Below are positions 63,801 through 64,000 of a stretch of 64,000 bases of DNA, piece by piece (positions within the stretch are counted from its first letter, which is position 1; each line of letters begins with the position of its first letter). The notes below the pieces were generated by a model. That model did not search any database. It was not told the origin of the DNA and saw only the letters and a program-made list of their open reading frames with translations. A program made the position numbers and the translations under genes. The DNA is from Dehalococcoidia bacterium. Its GTDB lineage: Bacteria; Chloroflexota; Dehalococcoidia; Lucifugimonadales; UBA3495. The DNA lies in NCBI GenBank assembly GCA_963422635.1, contig OY730415.1:1139343-1203342 (forward strand). Reading direction: 5' to 3'.

Positions 63801-64000
63801 TTAAAATTCGGCGGCAAACGCTTGGGCCAACTCCGTATTGCCGGCGGCGGCAAGCTGACCGTTGCTGAGGGCGGCGGCAAGGTCCAGCCGCCGGTAGAGG
63901 AGGAGGAGGAAGGTCTCGGTGTCGCAGTGGAGGGTTGCCGCCGCAGTTGCGTCGCCGGCTGGTTCCAGCCGGCTGGCGGCGGGGGCCGGTATCAGGTCAT
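63801..64000 (-). CDS. Partial gene (3' end only), paralog-like to 62860-63759
   Basis: My translation ...ATLHCDTETFLLLLYRRLDLAAALSNGQLAAAGNTELAQAFAAEF* parallels the C-terminus ...FRCDGETCVMTLYGRLTPDAALASGRLTWEGNEELVRSFSERF of the neighbour. Confidence 0.55.
   Translation of the reverse strand, partial: DLIPAPAASRLEPAGDATAAATLHCDTETFLLLLYRRLDLAAALSNGQLAAAGNTELAQAFAAEF

Overview
This is a 64-kb, high-GC chromosomal segment from a monoderm-type bacterium. The gene content (HemQ, F420/LLM-type oxidoreductases, DinB/mycothiol-type enzymes, dprA-topA-xerC and tig-clpP-clpX blocks) looks Chloroflexota- or Actinomycetota-like, but lineage cannot be proven from the sequence alone. I call about 60 protein genes and 2 tRNAs (Arg-CCG, Pro-UGG). 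I see no rRNA, no CRISPR, no transposase, and no integrase apart from XerC. The housekeeping backbone includes lysA, holB, copA, secA, mnmA, rnhB, hemQ, acn, dprA, topA, xerC, aroQ, efp, xseAB, clpXP and tig. It is interrupted by small islets that look AT-richer by eye. (1) A ParA-type ATPase translationally coupled to an Rx4H/HEPN-like protein (40.2-42.0 kb). (2) An AT-rich block of three tiny, strongly signalled genes (26.5-27.7 kb); two are paralogs and one of those is His-rich. (3) A HEPN-like two-gene module inserted between xseA and xseB. (4) A Fic gene bracketed by 18-bp direct repeats. (5) A Dcm methyltransferase / putative restriction endonuclease / decayed vsr island. (6) A membrane-flanked HNH gene. 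A ThrC-like / NIL / CysO-like sulfur-carrier cluster (1.5-3.8 kb) probably makes a sulfur amino acid rather than threonine. Accessory genes repeatedly carry single in-frame stops or frameshifts, while every housekeeping gene is intact. Other features are a REP-like palindromic element family, several coding tandem repeats (topA N-terminus, secA, copA) and paralogous EEGR-repeat membrane proteins. Many long ORFs in the supplied track are antisense shadows typical of high-GC DNA and were not called. All functional calls rest on motif recognition by eye; no database search was run.
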